From Takakia lepidozioides (Eukaryota; Plantae; Bryophyta), in contig CM060732.1 in NCBI GenBank assembly GCA_030704615.1, positions 55,552,001-55,616,000 on the forward strand: a DNA stretch of 64,000 nt. Direction: 5' to 3'. The translations under genes and the position numbers were made by a program. Of this stretch, positions 26,261 through 38,800 are shown piece by piece (within the stretch, counting starts at the first letter, position 1; every line of letters begins with the position of its first letter). The notes beneath the pieces are model-generated. The model made no database searches, was not told where the DNA came from, and saw only the letters and a list, made by a program, of their open reading frames with translations.

Positions 26261-26437
26261 GAGCAAGTAGCCCAGTGGTTGGGTGTTTGTGCCTTGCCTG
26301 TACATAGCCTGGGTGATCCTGGGTTCAATCCTTCAACATGTGCCTTCAGACCGTCCATTGGGCCCTCGATGGCTTGTGTGTTGAGCAGTAGGCTCTGTAA
26401 ATTCACTGGACGTTAAAATATTTTTATTTATTATTAT
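26261..26437 (+). mobile_element. tRNA-derived SINE with a 3' end resembling LINE family A
   Basis: A box TAGCCCAGTGG and B box GGGTTCAATCC. Shares 'cct.g.tgat.ctggg.tcaa.tcct..cctcgatggct' with 61697-61785. Ends 'taggctctgtaaattcactggacgttaaaa' followed by an A/T-rich tail. Confidence 0.7.
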
Positions 26438-27381
26438 GTCTGTTTTTTAACTAGTTAAACTTTGGTTATTGTTGTTTCGTGCAGCTTTCTCAAATATCAA
26501 CAAAATAAAACTTGAGAGTGTTGGGCCCATGGGCAACTATGTCATGTCCATCACTGGCCTCATGGTTTGAACTAAGTGATTATGGTAACAGTCAGCAGCC
26601 CCGGGGAGGTCACTCCTTGTAAAACTTTGTGACCATCTGCGAATAAATGGTATATAGTTGTAGGGTATTATTATTATTATTATTGGTACCCTTGCAGCAT
26701 TACATAATTTTGTAATACGGGTCTTTTATAGACATCCTATTTTGAATTATAAAAAATACTGGATTATTTTATTAACACCCACATTTACTTTAAAGTATTA
26801 TATAAAACTCAATTTGAAAGGAGAAAATAAAACAGTATCAGCACATGCACAACAAAGTACATGAACTTTATTCAAGCGAATATGGCCTACTGTCAGTCAT
26901 AACAAACTCATTCAATGAGTCTACATCATTACTATCTAACACATACAAGTTGTTCTCTGGCTAATAAGTTAAAGTGACAGTAGAGATAATGGTATCTGCA
27001 TCTACCCATTTAGAATCAGTACCCATCATATTTGAACTTAAGATTCCCCGGGCCTTAGTAAACCAATTTAGTAAGACCATGATAGTTGGCCCGACAGTAG
27101 TAGTAGTCTTCTTCTTCCTTACTGGTGACTGGTTTATGAGGTCAACGGGGTCCCTTGTCCCCCCATTTTTTTCATATATATATATATATATATATATTTA
27201 ATTGTACCACAAAGGCAAATAAGTACCCATATATTTTTTTTTAATATATTTTTCATAATACGCCCTTTGTTAAAATTAAATATTTTAGAATTTTTATTTC
27301 TTAAGAATTTGTTGGACCCTATGTTTTATTGCACATGGTTTGGAATTCCTGCCAAGTGACCTCCCCTAGCATTAAACTAGT

Positions 27382-28055
27382 GGGGGTTGGTAGCACGTGA
27401 GCACAAACGGCGTGAGCACAAACCCACAATCATGGGGGTTTTATATTTTTAAACCGTGGTCATAGGAGTTATATGTTTTCAAAACATAATAAAACCACAA
27501 AACCCTAATACGAAATAGACACCCATAATGTATATCTACAAGCTCCAAGTTCCACATATGTACACCTTCACATTAGGAAAAAACAAAGTCGCAATATCCA
27601 ACACCATCCAAAACACACAACTACGAAACAATAGTTGAATAATTTAATATAATGAGGCAAACAACGGGTTTTGTTAACGAAATAAATCAAGGCATCGAGT
27701 TTTGCATGCGAAAACGGAAAAAATGGATTTCGCCAACGAAATATTGGGTTTCACCAACGAAATAGTGGATTTTGCCAGCGAAATAATGGATTTCGTCGGC
27801 GAAATTTTCAGGGATCGCTGCATACGTCATTATCCTATGGTTGCGTGGGCGTAATAAAATATATTAAGGGTGACTAACTAGGGAAATAGGATGACTAACC
27901 CATCTTTGTATGGGTTGTGCTCACAGGGAGCACAATTTTCACAGTTTAGTTTCGCCATAGCATCTTTTGGGAATATGCGTGAAATCTCCGGCATTTTTTC
28001 TTCTGCTCATGTGAGCACGCGCAAAGAGGCGTGAGCACGCTCACTACCCAACCTC
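27382..28055. mobile_element. Non-autonomous DNA transposon (Mutator-like MITE)
   Basis: Perfect 8-bp direct repeat AAACTAGT at 27374-27381 and 28056-28063 (9 bp with one mismatch). Ends GGGGTTGGTAG / CTACCCAACCTC, subterminal GTGAGCAC motifs, and an internal 21-bp tandem repeat at ~27725-27808. Confidence 0.75.
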
Positions 28056-28440
28056 AAACTAGTCAAATTTTACACGCAAGATCTAACATTTGGGCCTGAA
28101 GCTGTGAACTATCTAAAAATAAAAATCTCTGTGCACGGTAGTGTAAATGTATGCCCCGGACCAGCACCCGGACCACAATTGTGTGGTAGTCTCTGGTCGT
28201 ACTTACTATACTACAGTTTACGCACGCGCAAAATCTAGGACTTCAGCTGCCTGAAAAAGAAGGCACTGCTAGGAACAAGAAGCTGAGCTCACTATTTACC
28301 ACCCTGCTTTGACAGGCCCGAGACTTCGAATGAGAACTGTGATGATCCTGAATGTCCACATGTGGGGGTCTATTCGTGTGCATCCCTGGGCGATCTCTTA
28401 GTCAAGGGATAGCCAGCAAATGAATTGTATGAGAATGATC

Positions 28441-30216
28441 TTACTGTACCCTGGCCAGATTTGGTGTCAGCAATTGAAGCCCAGCCGGTGCATCCATGGC
28501 GAGGCAATCTTTTATGTAGGGCACTACTTCACTTATGACCTTCCCATTCAGGCTACTTTCATATGGGCATGAGTAAATTCTTTCGACAGGATTCTGGTAA
28601 CATGGATCTATTGTCTGGCCTTGGGTGCATGGAGGGAGTGTGTTGTCATTCCTGAATTCTATGAACCACGGGGTCAGGCCTCCATAGCCCTGCGCTAGTC
28701 CCCCAAAAGTTGATAGTGGGGTCACAAAAAGATGATCTGAGAAACTGAGGATCATCACTTCTGTTAATGCCTGTGTATCTTCCTCCACGCCAGACCCTTG
28801 AATTTTGCCGTGAGTGAGCTGGACAACACCAATAGTCTCACCTGACACTGGTGGATTTCGAACGTAAACTTGAGTGAGATGTTCCTGTAGGCCTTGGAAA
28901 AGAGAGGTGACGAATACTGAGGTAGCAAAAGGTCTGTTTGCAATCAGCTCCGTGCTAGGGGAGGAGACTTCTGACTGTAATCCATTGTCGTGTGAAACTT
29001 TGATGGCTTTCCCAGGATCTGGAAGAACACCGTTCACGACACCACATTCCACTACCCTCCTGTTTACTGTATCGTGCATCTCTATGAACTGAGGCTCCTT
29101 ATCGCGATATCGCATTTGAATCCCGACACGGCGGTCAGCAGCCTCCAGATACATACGATCCGTCTGTAGGACTCGTCTCCACACTGGGTCTGACGGTAGC
29201 ATTACGGAACGCAGCATGTGTGTAAGCACCATCCTCTCGGGGAACATATCTTCCAGCACTGGCCGAAATGAAGGGATGGCGAAAAGTTTGGGAAGAAAAT
29301 AGAGGCAGCTGGTGAAATACATCCACTGGACTTCGGAGTAATAGGCCTGCTCCGTGTCACAGAAAAACCTCTTATCTGGCTGGCACCAATGGGCCACGCG
29401 CACACCATAGATCGTACTTTTTTGGACAGATTGTCTAGTTGTGGCGTTGTCAATCTGTTCCTCGAACAGGTCAACTGAGCTCCATAGCCATTCGCGTTGT
29501 TCAATGGGAGTGAAAAGTCTGTCGGGATCCACTCTCCAAGAGGACCCTTCAAATGGCTCACACATGATATCGGGGATGTCCGTAGCGACAGGGAGAAGGA
29601 AAACTCTCTGGGTCAGGATCGCATAAAGTAAAGCTGACACCATAGACAAAACCTTGTTCCCTAACCCTGCCCATTCAGGATGGCCTGCCACCACAAATTT
29701 GCAGCCACTGCTGTTATCCTTTCTCATGAAATAGCTAGTGAAATCACCACCTACCCTTTTAAAGCACGCACGATGAAGCTTCTCGTACTCTAGAAGAACT
29801 GACTCCCACTTGGAGTTGGGTCCCACATGACTACTGAACCTTCGACGGCTGTAGAAGGGCTGCAGCTCTGTACGACTCCTGCAAGGATTCCTGCTCCGCC
29901 ATTCCTTTTTTTCAGCATTCGTGAACTTCACCTGGCCTAAATTGCTGGAAGCTTCTTTTGTGGCTTTCTTCAATGCGCTAATCAGAGCGGGTACATCTAA
30001 GATAGATTCTCTCACTAGTAGTTGTTCAGGCTGTACATCATGTGGTTTCGAGGAACCTGGCCCATGGGGGAAAGGGTTGGGCCGCACATACACGAGAGCA
30101 TACAGGAGGCTCGCTAATCCCAGGGTGGTGACAAATACGAATGCCGGTCTGCAGCATGAGGTCCGTTTCGAGAATTTCGCAGTCTGCAGGAACGGTATGT
30201 ACTTCTTAAATGCCAT
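28441..30216 (-). CDS. GT37 alpha-1,2-fucosyltransferase (xyloglucan/AGP FUT family), type II membrane protein. A short upstream coding exon near 31421-31471 is possible
   Basis: Long open ORF with an N-terminal TM helix, GLGNK, VGIQMR and SDHLFVTPLSTFGGLAQG motifs typical of plant FUTs. An acceptor-like TTGCAG lies just upstream of the Met at 30216. Confidence 0.9.
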   Translation of the reverse strand: MAFKKYIPFLQTAKFSKRTSCCRPAFVFVTTLGLASLLYALVYVRPNPFPHGPGSSKPHDVQPEQLLVRESILDVPALISALKKATKEASSNLGQVKFTNAEKKEWRSRNPCRSRTELQPFYSRRRFSSHVGPNSKWESVLLEYEKLHRACFKRVGGDFTSYFMRKDNSSGCKFVVAGHPEWAGLGNKVLSMVSALLYAILTQRVFLLPVATDIPDIMCEPFEGSSWRVDPDRLFTPIEQREWLWSSVDLFEEQIDNATTRQSVQKSTIYGVRVAHWCQPDKRFFCDTEQAYYSEVQWMYFTSCLYFLPKLFAIPSFRPVLEDMFPERMVLTHMLRSVMLPSDPVWRRVLQTDRMYLEAADRRVGIQMRYRDKEPQFIEMHDTVNRRVVECGVVNGVLPDPGKAIKVSHDNGLQSEVSSPSTELIANRPFATSVFVTSLFQGLQEHLTQVYVRNPPVSGETIGVVQLTHGKIQGSGVEEDTQALTEVMILSFSDHLFVTPLSTFGGLAQGYGGLTPWFIEFRNDNTLPPCTQGQTIDPCYQNPVERIYSCPYESSLNGKVISEVVPYIKDCLAMDAPAGLQLLTPNLARVQ

Positions 30217-33200
30217 GAGTCTCTCGCGCAGTTGACCCTGCAAGCCATTCACACACTGAAGTTGATCAATGTACATTATCACATGTGTTACCATCTAATA
30301 TCATATATGTTCCTGAATCCTGTCTGACGCCAGACACCACAACTGTGATGACCTCCTTCGAATTGAAAGGTAAAGGGACTTCTGAGTTCACACTTGAGGT
30401 CTGTGACATGATGGGCAAGTTTAACAGACATGGTGACATGCCCTGGACCCAAATATTGAGGGCTCCAGCAATTGATAATCTATAATCTAACATGTTTAGG
30501 TCACGAGTGCATCAGACTACAGAGTGATCTGGATTGGATGTGGGAATTTCACAAGACAGAAGATGGAAAGAATACCTTAAGCCGGATGGTCAACCTAAAG
30601 TTCAATGCATGAGTCCTCCTACTATCAACCGACAATACTGCAAGTGCTTCTGTACAATCTAACAACAGATGTTCAATTGAATTCTGAGTCTGTGTGTGCT
30701 CTGGGTGTCCTGTACTGGACAATCACGTAAAACAGAGCAGTCTAGATCTAGAAGGAAGACCAGCCTTCCTTCTAGACTGAGCTCTACTTAAATTAATTGA
30801 AATCTCGAAATACACTTCAATGAACACTTGCGGTCGCTCTCACAGAATTCTTGGTCAGAGTGAGCTCACCTATTCCTTTTGCAAACATGAACAACACCAG
30901 CACGACAAACTTCCAAAAGTTCGTAGGAAGCGTAGTGGCTGTATCTGGGGCCGGGACTCTGGACAACCATGGTCAGCGAGACCTACCAACAACTCGCACA
31001 ATATGTAATCAATTGATAAGACTGCCAGAAGGCAAGCTGTGATGTAAACATCTGTGGCAGCTAGGTTTCCTTTTGGATAGATTTGTATGTACGTACATGT
31101 ATAATCAGAGACTCTATGCAATTTGAACATAAAACTTGGACCAGAAACAAAAATTCTAGAGAAGTAGATCTCGAGCAGTCAAAATTACTGACCAATTAAG
31201 TGAAGTCTTGAGCAATTATCTGTGCGATTCTTCAAACTATCATCGCTCAGCACTATCCTAGAGGTGCATCGAGCTAATAATCTGAGGGAGTCGGATAGAA
31301 CGCTACCCTGCTTGTCCCTGAAAACGACTAAATTATAAGCCTGGGCAACTAGGAGGCCTCAGCTAGTTCCGAGAAATGATTCTGACTAAAGAAGCCCAAC
31401 GGGTTGGCGAGCCTTTATACCTTGTGAAACTTCCTGAATCTGTTGAATGTTCCTTCGCATGACTTGCACATAACGACATACCGGAAGTAACGATTGCTCG
31501 GAACCTTCAATTGCTCTGATTAGTTCCGGGCATGGGATCACCGGAGCTGAAACGACACAAGGAAGCCTCGGAGTCTAAACAACCTTGAGATGCAGGCTGC
31601 AGAACTTACAGCTATCTAGGGAAATTTATTCAAAGTCCTCGATATCTCAAAATCGTGGTCCTCTATTCAAATTTCAGACGGATAGAGCCGGAAGGTCTGA
31701 GATTTACACGGTCTACGAGAAGGTTGCGGGAAATGAAGGGGGAGGGAGCAGACTGGTGAGCAGCAGGCCGAGGACATGATGGAGAGCTAGGGATATTGAT
31801 CATTTGGAACGACGGGCAACACGTGGGCACACGACTCCTGGTGGACCTCATCATCAGGGTAATTCCCGAAAGTGAGACTGAGGAGTGATTCCCTGGCATC
31901 CTTTGAACTTGCGGGTCAGTCAAAGCGTGCTTAGCGCTGCCTCATCCCTTGCTTAGTCACCCATCTTTCTCCAACTCTCTCAACACTAGATCAGACGAGA
32001 GAGAGAGTCTGTGTGTGAGTGTGTTGCAGCAGCTCACATGCAGACACCAACAACAGTTCAATGATTGTGCAGAGCTCGGAAGCTCTGCCAACCATCGACC
32101 AATAATACTTGCAAAGCCACAGGCACCCATTATTGTCCCGTCCCCCGGGACATGTCCCATTTTCAACTTTTTGTTTTTCTTAACTTTTTTTGTCTCAACG
32201 CATTATTTTTATAAAATGCCTACATATCGTCGTCGGGCTGGTCACTGCTGTCAATTCTCTTTTTCTTTTCCTTTTTTTAAAAAATATTTTCAATTATCGG
32301 ATCGAATTTATTAATTTCCTTGGTATTTATAACATCATTAAATAAATTGCCTCACGGCGTAACCAGGGGTTTTAATTTTTTTACCCGCAATAAACTCAAT
32401 AAAATTAATTCAGGGCTCTGTCCCCTGCTCACTCAAAAAAATAATATATATATATATATATAACATCTTAAGATTGTTCTAGAGTAATTAGTGTGACAGC
32501 AATTACTAATCATGTGTACTTAAGCATGTGCATGGATGGATGGATAATGTCATCCAGGATATATTTATAGGTTTTTAAGACTATTCTCTCAGTATATTCT
32601 ATTTGATGCGACCGGCGGATATTACCAGAAGTTCCGATTCCAAACGGAACCGAAGATCCAGTGTATTGTCTCTACGTGCAAATACAGCCGTCGAATATAT
32701 TAGCTGTTATCTATTTACTTATTTTTGAATAAATCTTGGTAGTGCCGGCGGTGAGGCCTATGGGACAGTTTATTGTTATCCTGCAAGTACCTGGGAACCA
32801 AATTGGGAACAACTATGCTCCGAGAACGCGACAGTGGGGGCCATGCGATCGGATGGAAGTGAATCTGAAGGATGAAAGTACATTCGTCGGTGATGAGCAG
32901 GAAAGCGCGGGAAAAATCATTCAAACATTCATCCAGGGACGGGGGATCGCCCGTCAGCAAGAGGAAACCGGCAGGTTCCGAAAGGACGACTGGATATAGG
33001 CGGTAAGTTCTCCCGCCATTCCCAAGTTTGGGCGGGATCGCAGACCTACTCTGCAGCGAAGTGTGGTCGTGTTGAGAGCTGCTTCTGTCTCTCGCAGATT
33101 TCCATTCCATAGTTCGTTCTTTCGGAAGCAGCAGATCTCAATGAGGCGTTGAGTCGTGGAGAATCCCTTCAGCGGTAGTTGTTTTTGATGGACAGCAGGT

Positions 33201-33720
33201 GTGCGCTTGTGAGTGCAACATTGTTGTTTTTCGCTGGTTACTCTGCTCATGTCTCTGTCAGCGTCTGAAGAGAGTCTGGGGTGCAGCCGGTGTGCACTCT
33301 TCTGAGGCAAAAGTGTCTTAATTATTTCGGGGGGTATTGTGATGTGTGCCCACATGTATGGGAAAATGTTGCATCTTCGTTCTTCACTTGTAGCTTTTGA
33401 ATAGACTCTCAGGTCGATTTCAGGCTTGAGGCACCTGTGCGAGAAACGGTGCTGTCACAGTTCCTGCCTCATAAATTAGCGTGATACAGGGAAAGTTGTA
33501 TAGATCTTCTTTCTACTATCCTATGGGGCCCATCAATACCCTGCTAGCAAAATCTTTTTAGCAGTGAGGTCGGAGCTGAAATGTCCTACTCCTTCTTGAG
33601 TGTAGGGAAAAGCTGGAATAGTGTAGAGTTTTGATGAGCAAGTGTTGCAAGGCGATCAAGCCGTCGAATAAGGACTGAAAGAGTACAGGGGCTCAAGGCA
33701 TTGGACGACGCACGGGTGAC

Positions 33721-34590
33721 ATGGCGCCATCATTGAAGCCTGCCCGCTTCTATGGCAGATTGCTGCCTCGACCACGCATCTATGTAGATGTCAAGTTCAA
33801 CCAGGAGAGGGTGGACCCCCCTTCCTCCGTCAATGGTGCTCTGCTGGAATGGGCAGGCGAGGCCCACTGGACTATGGGGGGCCTTTCCCATAAAAGGAAG
33901 CGTATGCAAGGCAAGATAGAAGGCCGCTTGAGCAAGCTCCGTGATATGAAAGAGGATGACGACAGTGATAGCAGTGATAAAGAGCCAGCACTTGAGAAAA
34001 CTGTACTTTCAGGGAAGAAAGGGCAGAAGCTTTCAATAAAATCGAAAGAGAACACCACCCAATCAAGCAAGGTTGTCGAAGGGACATCAGAGAGGGGCAA
34101 AGGACTGAGCTTATCCAAGGATGATGCTGTTGCACTGATTGTTAGTCCTCCGCGTATTCTGCGTTCCCCCAAGGTAAAAGCTTCTCCTAGCGTTTCAGCA
34201 AAGAGATCACCATCAGCAGGGCGATCACCTTCACGAAAAGCAACGAAGTCTCCCTCGGTAGTCCGCAGAAGTACAAGAAGGCTTGGGGCCGGTAGTGGGG
34301 CTGCAGAGAAAACCGACAAGGATATCACAACCCCGGGATCGGATGATGATGACAGTGATGATGATCTGGACAACTTTATGGAGAGACTGGAGGCTTCAAA
34401 GAATAACCCCAACCATACAATGAGGCGTAGTGCGCGCTTGCATAAACTCCTCAGTACAACAGGGCATACATCGCAAAAGAGCTCACCAGCAAGGAAAGCA
34501 GAATTTAAAAGCCCTCTGTCACGGGAACATGCGCCCCTGTCGGATTCTGACTCTGGCTCTGAGGCAGAGTCAGAGTCAGAAGAGATGTAG
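33721..34590 (+). CDS. Conserved plant protein of unknown function (N-terminal RFYGxxLPRPR..RVDPP..WAxEAHWxMGGL domain; disordered, SP- and basic-rich C-terminus)
   Basis: 289-aa intronless ORF. The N-terminal ~75 aa match a motif I recognise from uncharacterised land-plant proteins. Confidence 0.85.
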   Translation: MAPSLKPARFYGRLLPRPRIYVDVKFNQERVDPPSSVNGALLEWAGEAHWTMGGLSHKRKRMQGKIEGRLSKLRDMKEDDDSDSSDKEPALEKTVLSGKKGQKLSIKSKENTTQSSKVVEGTSERGKGLSLSKDDAVALIVSPPRILRSPKVKASPSVSAKRSPSAGRSPSRKATKSPSVVRRSTRRLGAGSGAAEKTDKDITTPGSDDDDSDDDLDNFMERLEASKNNPNHTMRRSARLHKLLSTTGHTSQKSSPARKAEFKSPLSREHAPLSDSDSGSEAESESEEM

Positions 34591-35832
34591 TCGCGTGCCC
34601 AGTGGAGGAAGTCTAGACAGAGATGCAGTTACCCCGTTCGGCTATTTGGTCTGTAACATTTGGCCATGAACACTTGGTTGGACCAGGAAGGAGTCAGGGG
34701 AAAGGTGTGGTACGAGCAGAAAGAAATTTGTAGCCCCACTACAAACACCTGAAGCAGTTAATATAGAACAGAGTCAAGAGTTCCCTTTCTAGGAGCTGAA
34801 GGCCTCTTGCTTTCACAGGCCTCACCCCTTTGTATCAGGTCAAACAGTCTCACAATTTCACTTGCCTTGGCCAAAGTACCGAATGTACAATGTCATGATT
34901 CTGTTCTTCTTGATTGAGGACTTTTAAGTCTCTCAAGTTTCTGACCCCACGGTTTGCCTGCATGCTTCTGTCTTCTTAAGTATGGTTGAACTGCATGCCT
35001 CCTTCTCATCCACCTTGGCAATCTATGCTCTGTCCCCGCTTGCCATCGATGCTTGCGACTTTGGTACCCCTCGGCATCCGCTGGCTCCATATCAGGGCCA
35101 AGCTCTCGATTCACATAATCAGCCCATCGCCATTCTGTGACTGCTGCTGCTGTCCTCTTGGCCGGATGATTCCAGGCTCTCCAGCCATCGCGGACCATTA
35201 GCAATATCTGACGCGCTTGAGTGGAAACATCAGACAGTGCAGCTCGCAAATGCAGAGGCAGCACTCTTTGTAGGTTTCTGGGTCGGATCTGAAGCGTTTC
35301 TGTGACTGTCCTTAATAGGATCTTCACCTTGTCCATTTTAAAATTTACCTGCTCTGTCTTTTAGACAATCCGTGGAGGCTTCTCATGAGCTCGCAGAAGG
35401 CTGTGAAGATATGAAATCCAGGGTGTTGGGGGCCAGATATTTCTTTGATTCATTGAAGGACTAAGAGGCGCCACCATGTGTGATATAAACTACAAACATG
35501 GAATTTGCTTCCTTTTGGCCAGACGCCAGTCAGCCTCAACTCTCCCAGTGCATCTGCCACAAAGGTCAGGAAGTTGTGGTGGACACACGTGATGCACAAC
35601 TATGTTACATAGGACCTGCAACTGCCATGGCCTTGCACATGATTGATACTCGTGATTACTTCATGAATGAGTTCACATCAACCAAACTAAAACCTATACA
35701 GTGGAGCTGGAAACACAACTGCGGTTACCCTTCAAAAAGCTCTTCAGAAGATGAATTCAGAAAGGTAGCTTAGCACACACATCTCTGACAAAACCAGAAA
35801 AACGTCTGTAAAGGTATACCCAAGTGGAATTT

Positions 35833-38800
35833 TCACTCTTCCGGTGTTCGCCTTTCAAAATCTTGGACACTCCCACCTGTACCACTGCCCTTGCTTTGCT
35901 GAGGGTTAGTGTGGCCAATGTGGAAATTCCGTGCTTCCTTTCTGTCTTTCATTCTTGGTGCTCCGCGATGATAGAATCTTGAGACCAAATTACCTTTCAG
36001 CATCCGTATCTCCTTCCCTCCTGAGGGCATTGGGGCGGTTCAGGGTGGGTTCCCACAACCTACGGATAGAGACTGGCAGATGGGAAAACCTGCAACGGGA
36101 GGACCGCCTATGTCCAGCTTGCATAGGGCGCAGCCAGGAAATTGAAACTGAAGAACACTTCTTCTTCTACTGCCCTCTATACTACGAGATCCGTGGGAGA
36201 TTCCACTGTTTATTCAGTGGAACCAGAACTCTCACTGATGTCTTCCACTATGAGGATCAAAAATGTTTGGCAGCCTACCAGCACGAGGCCTTCACCCTTA
36301 GACAATCGCTAGAACATTAATTGTTATTATTGGTTTCTGGATTTGTTCCTCTCTCCTGTTTTCTTCCATTTTGTCCCATAAGCTCTATGAGCTTTCCGTG
36401 GACGTTATAAAGCACCATTTCATTTTATTTCTTACTTCTAACCCCCCTCAACCCAATTTGCCAAACTGATCCCCTCTGGCTACATGTGTTCAAATACTGC
36501 AGCTCTAACCTGTACAAGCTCCAGTCTTGGAAGCACAGGTGCTCCCTCGGCTATGTGCCACTATTGCAACAAAGTTGGCCTCTAGAGAATACCCCACTTC
36601 CGTGACAATGCTATGAGTCCACCAACTAGTGCTCCGAGCTCTGACCCAAACTCGCTCCCAAGAATTACAGCTTCAGCTTTATCCATCATGCAGAGCTTCT
36701 CACCAACCTTGCGTGCAAGCATTTTAGCCCAGGCTTCATCAATAACGCGGACAATCTTGGCCTTCTCTGCTTGCCCCCTGTCTTGCCGCTTTGCCTCCAA
36801 TTGCCCGCACTCTCCCTTGAAAGATTGTGTTGCCTGCTGCACAAAAGATTAAGATTTCACATTCAAAATGGTAAGAATATAGAGTTGCTAGAAGGCTGGT
36901 TTCAAGACCTCCAGGTATGCTCAATCTTTGAGCACCATGGACTCTCCATTGCTTCCTACTGCTACAAAGTGCAGAGGTGGAAATTTCGTCCAACCATGAC
37001 CGCCATAGACGCATCAGAGGGGAGCTTATGGAACTTCACGTGAGGTGAACCTGGAAACCAGCCAATCTTACAACAAAACTGCAGTTCTATCAGGGTTCTC
37101 CATGACAAAAGAATCTTGCAGCCCAATTACCTCTCTCTCTTCTAAGGGCATTGGGGAGGTTTAGGGTGGGTTCCCAGTCTGTGGATGGAGACTGGTAGGT
37201 GGGACAACCTGCGGCTTGAGGACTGCATGTGCCCAACTTGTGCCGGGAACACAGGAGGAAATTGAAAGTGAAGAACTTCTCTTCTTTCATTCTCCTTTCT
37301 ACTATGAGGTCCGTGGGACATACTATTGACTATTCTGAGATAGCCTCTCTGTCACGGAGGTCTTCCATTACAAGGATCAGAAATGCTTAACACATCTGCA
37401 TGAGCTGTTGACTCTTAGACAATCCCTTGAGCTCAAGGGATTGTCGAAGAGTCAACAGCTGCTTATGGAGGGGCCCTTCTCTCTTTCTGGTTTTTGTTTC
37501 CTCTCTCATGTTTTCTTCCATTTTGTCCCATAAGCTCTATGAGCTTCCCGCGGATGTTATAAAGCACCATTTCATTTCATCTCATCTCATTTCTTGTCTC
37601 ATGCTGTCTCTTGTCCCATAAGCTCATAACACTTGCACACTAGCCAAAATTTGACCTCAAAAATTTATGTGGAGGTTTACAGAGTCTTTCATTGACAAGA
37701 GTCACTAAGCTTCTCCCACAGATCACATGCTACCAAGAGACTCTGAAACGAAAAGTAAGTTAAAGATGCCAGAACTACTACACCCATGAGCAGTAACTTT
37801 AGAATACGTGAGGGGTTCTTTCGTTACCTTTAAGGGTGAGGGCTTTCCAGGCACTACCTGCTCCTCCACCACCTTCTCAACTGATTCAGGCTTCTTGGTC
37901 ATTGGCTCCTTTTCGTTGTGGATCCCCTTATCACCACCTATTTTTTTCCCTTTCTTTGCTGTGACATGACTAACAGGGGCTGTAGCATTTGACGGAGCCT
38001 GCTTCCACAATCTTCTGAACAGAATCAATGAAGGAGAAACTTGACTACATGTTTGAATGTTGTTTATGTTCGGATGTCCCTCCCATGGGTCCTCTGGGCC
38101 TCCCATGCACGTTATAAAGTTTATTTCTTTTTTTGCTTTCTATCTCTCTATCTCTTTCTCATTCCATGTGCGCATTGATACCAATCAGCTCGGAAAGCCA
38201 CTATGCATCAAACTGTGGCAGAATAAACCAAGAATGGCATCTGCAAAACCAATGCCTTAGCGATGATTGCTAGCAACAGAGTGTAAACCAGGAGCATCCT
38301 CTTACACATTGTAGAGTTACTGTGCATGAGAGACTTTGGGGTGTTGACATGAAACATGACCTTATATTACCTGCACAAGTGTGGGCTTCTGGAACTCCGC
38401 CTTCTCTATTGTTTCACTCGGCTTCTTTTTCACTGGCTTCTCCTCCGCATCCTCCTCACCACCCTCCTTGTCCCTATGTTTCCTTTTTCCTCTCTTTGCA
38501 GCTGCATTTGAATGAGCCTGCTTCCACAGTTATGTCAATGAAGGAGCAAAGGTGATTAATGGTTTAGTGTTGGTGTTGTTCAGACCTCTCTCTCTCTTCC
38601 TCGGACGTTATAAAGTACCATTTCATATTTCTCTCTCTCTCTCTTCAAATAATGGCCATAAGGCTACGGCAAACAACATCTTATGAGTACGTTCTCTCTC
38701 TTTTCAAAGTACCATTTCATTTCTCTTTAAAATCCATGTTTGCATCGGTGCAATGCAGTGGTAATCGTTCATCTAACTCTTTGACTAACCAAAATTGGAT

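Noticed and set aside
33780-34412. 210-aa antisense ORF, and similar shadow ORFs over APE2, TIC55, the FUT and the LINEs
   Set aside because: Reverse-frame shadows of real coding sequence with no independent motifs.
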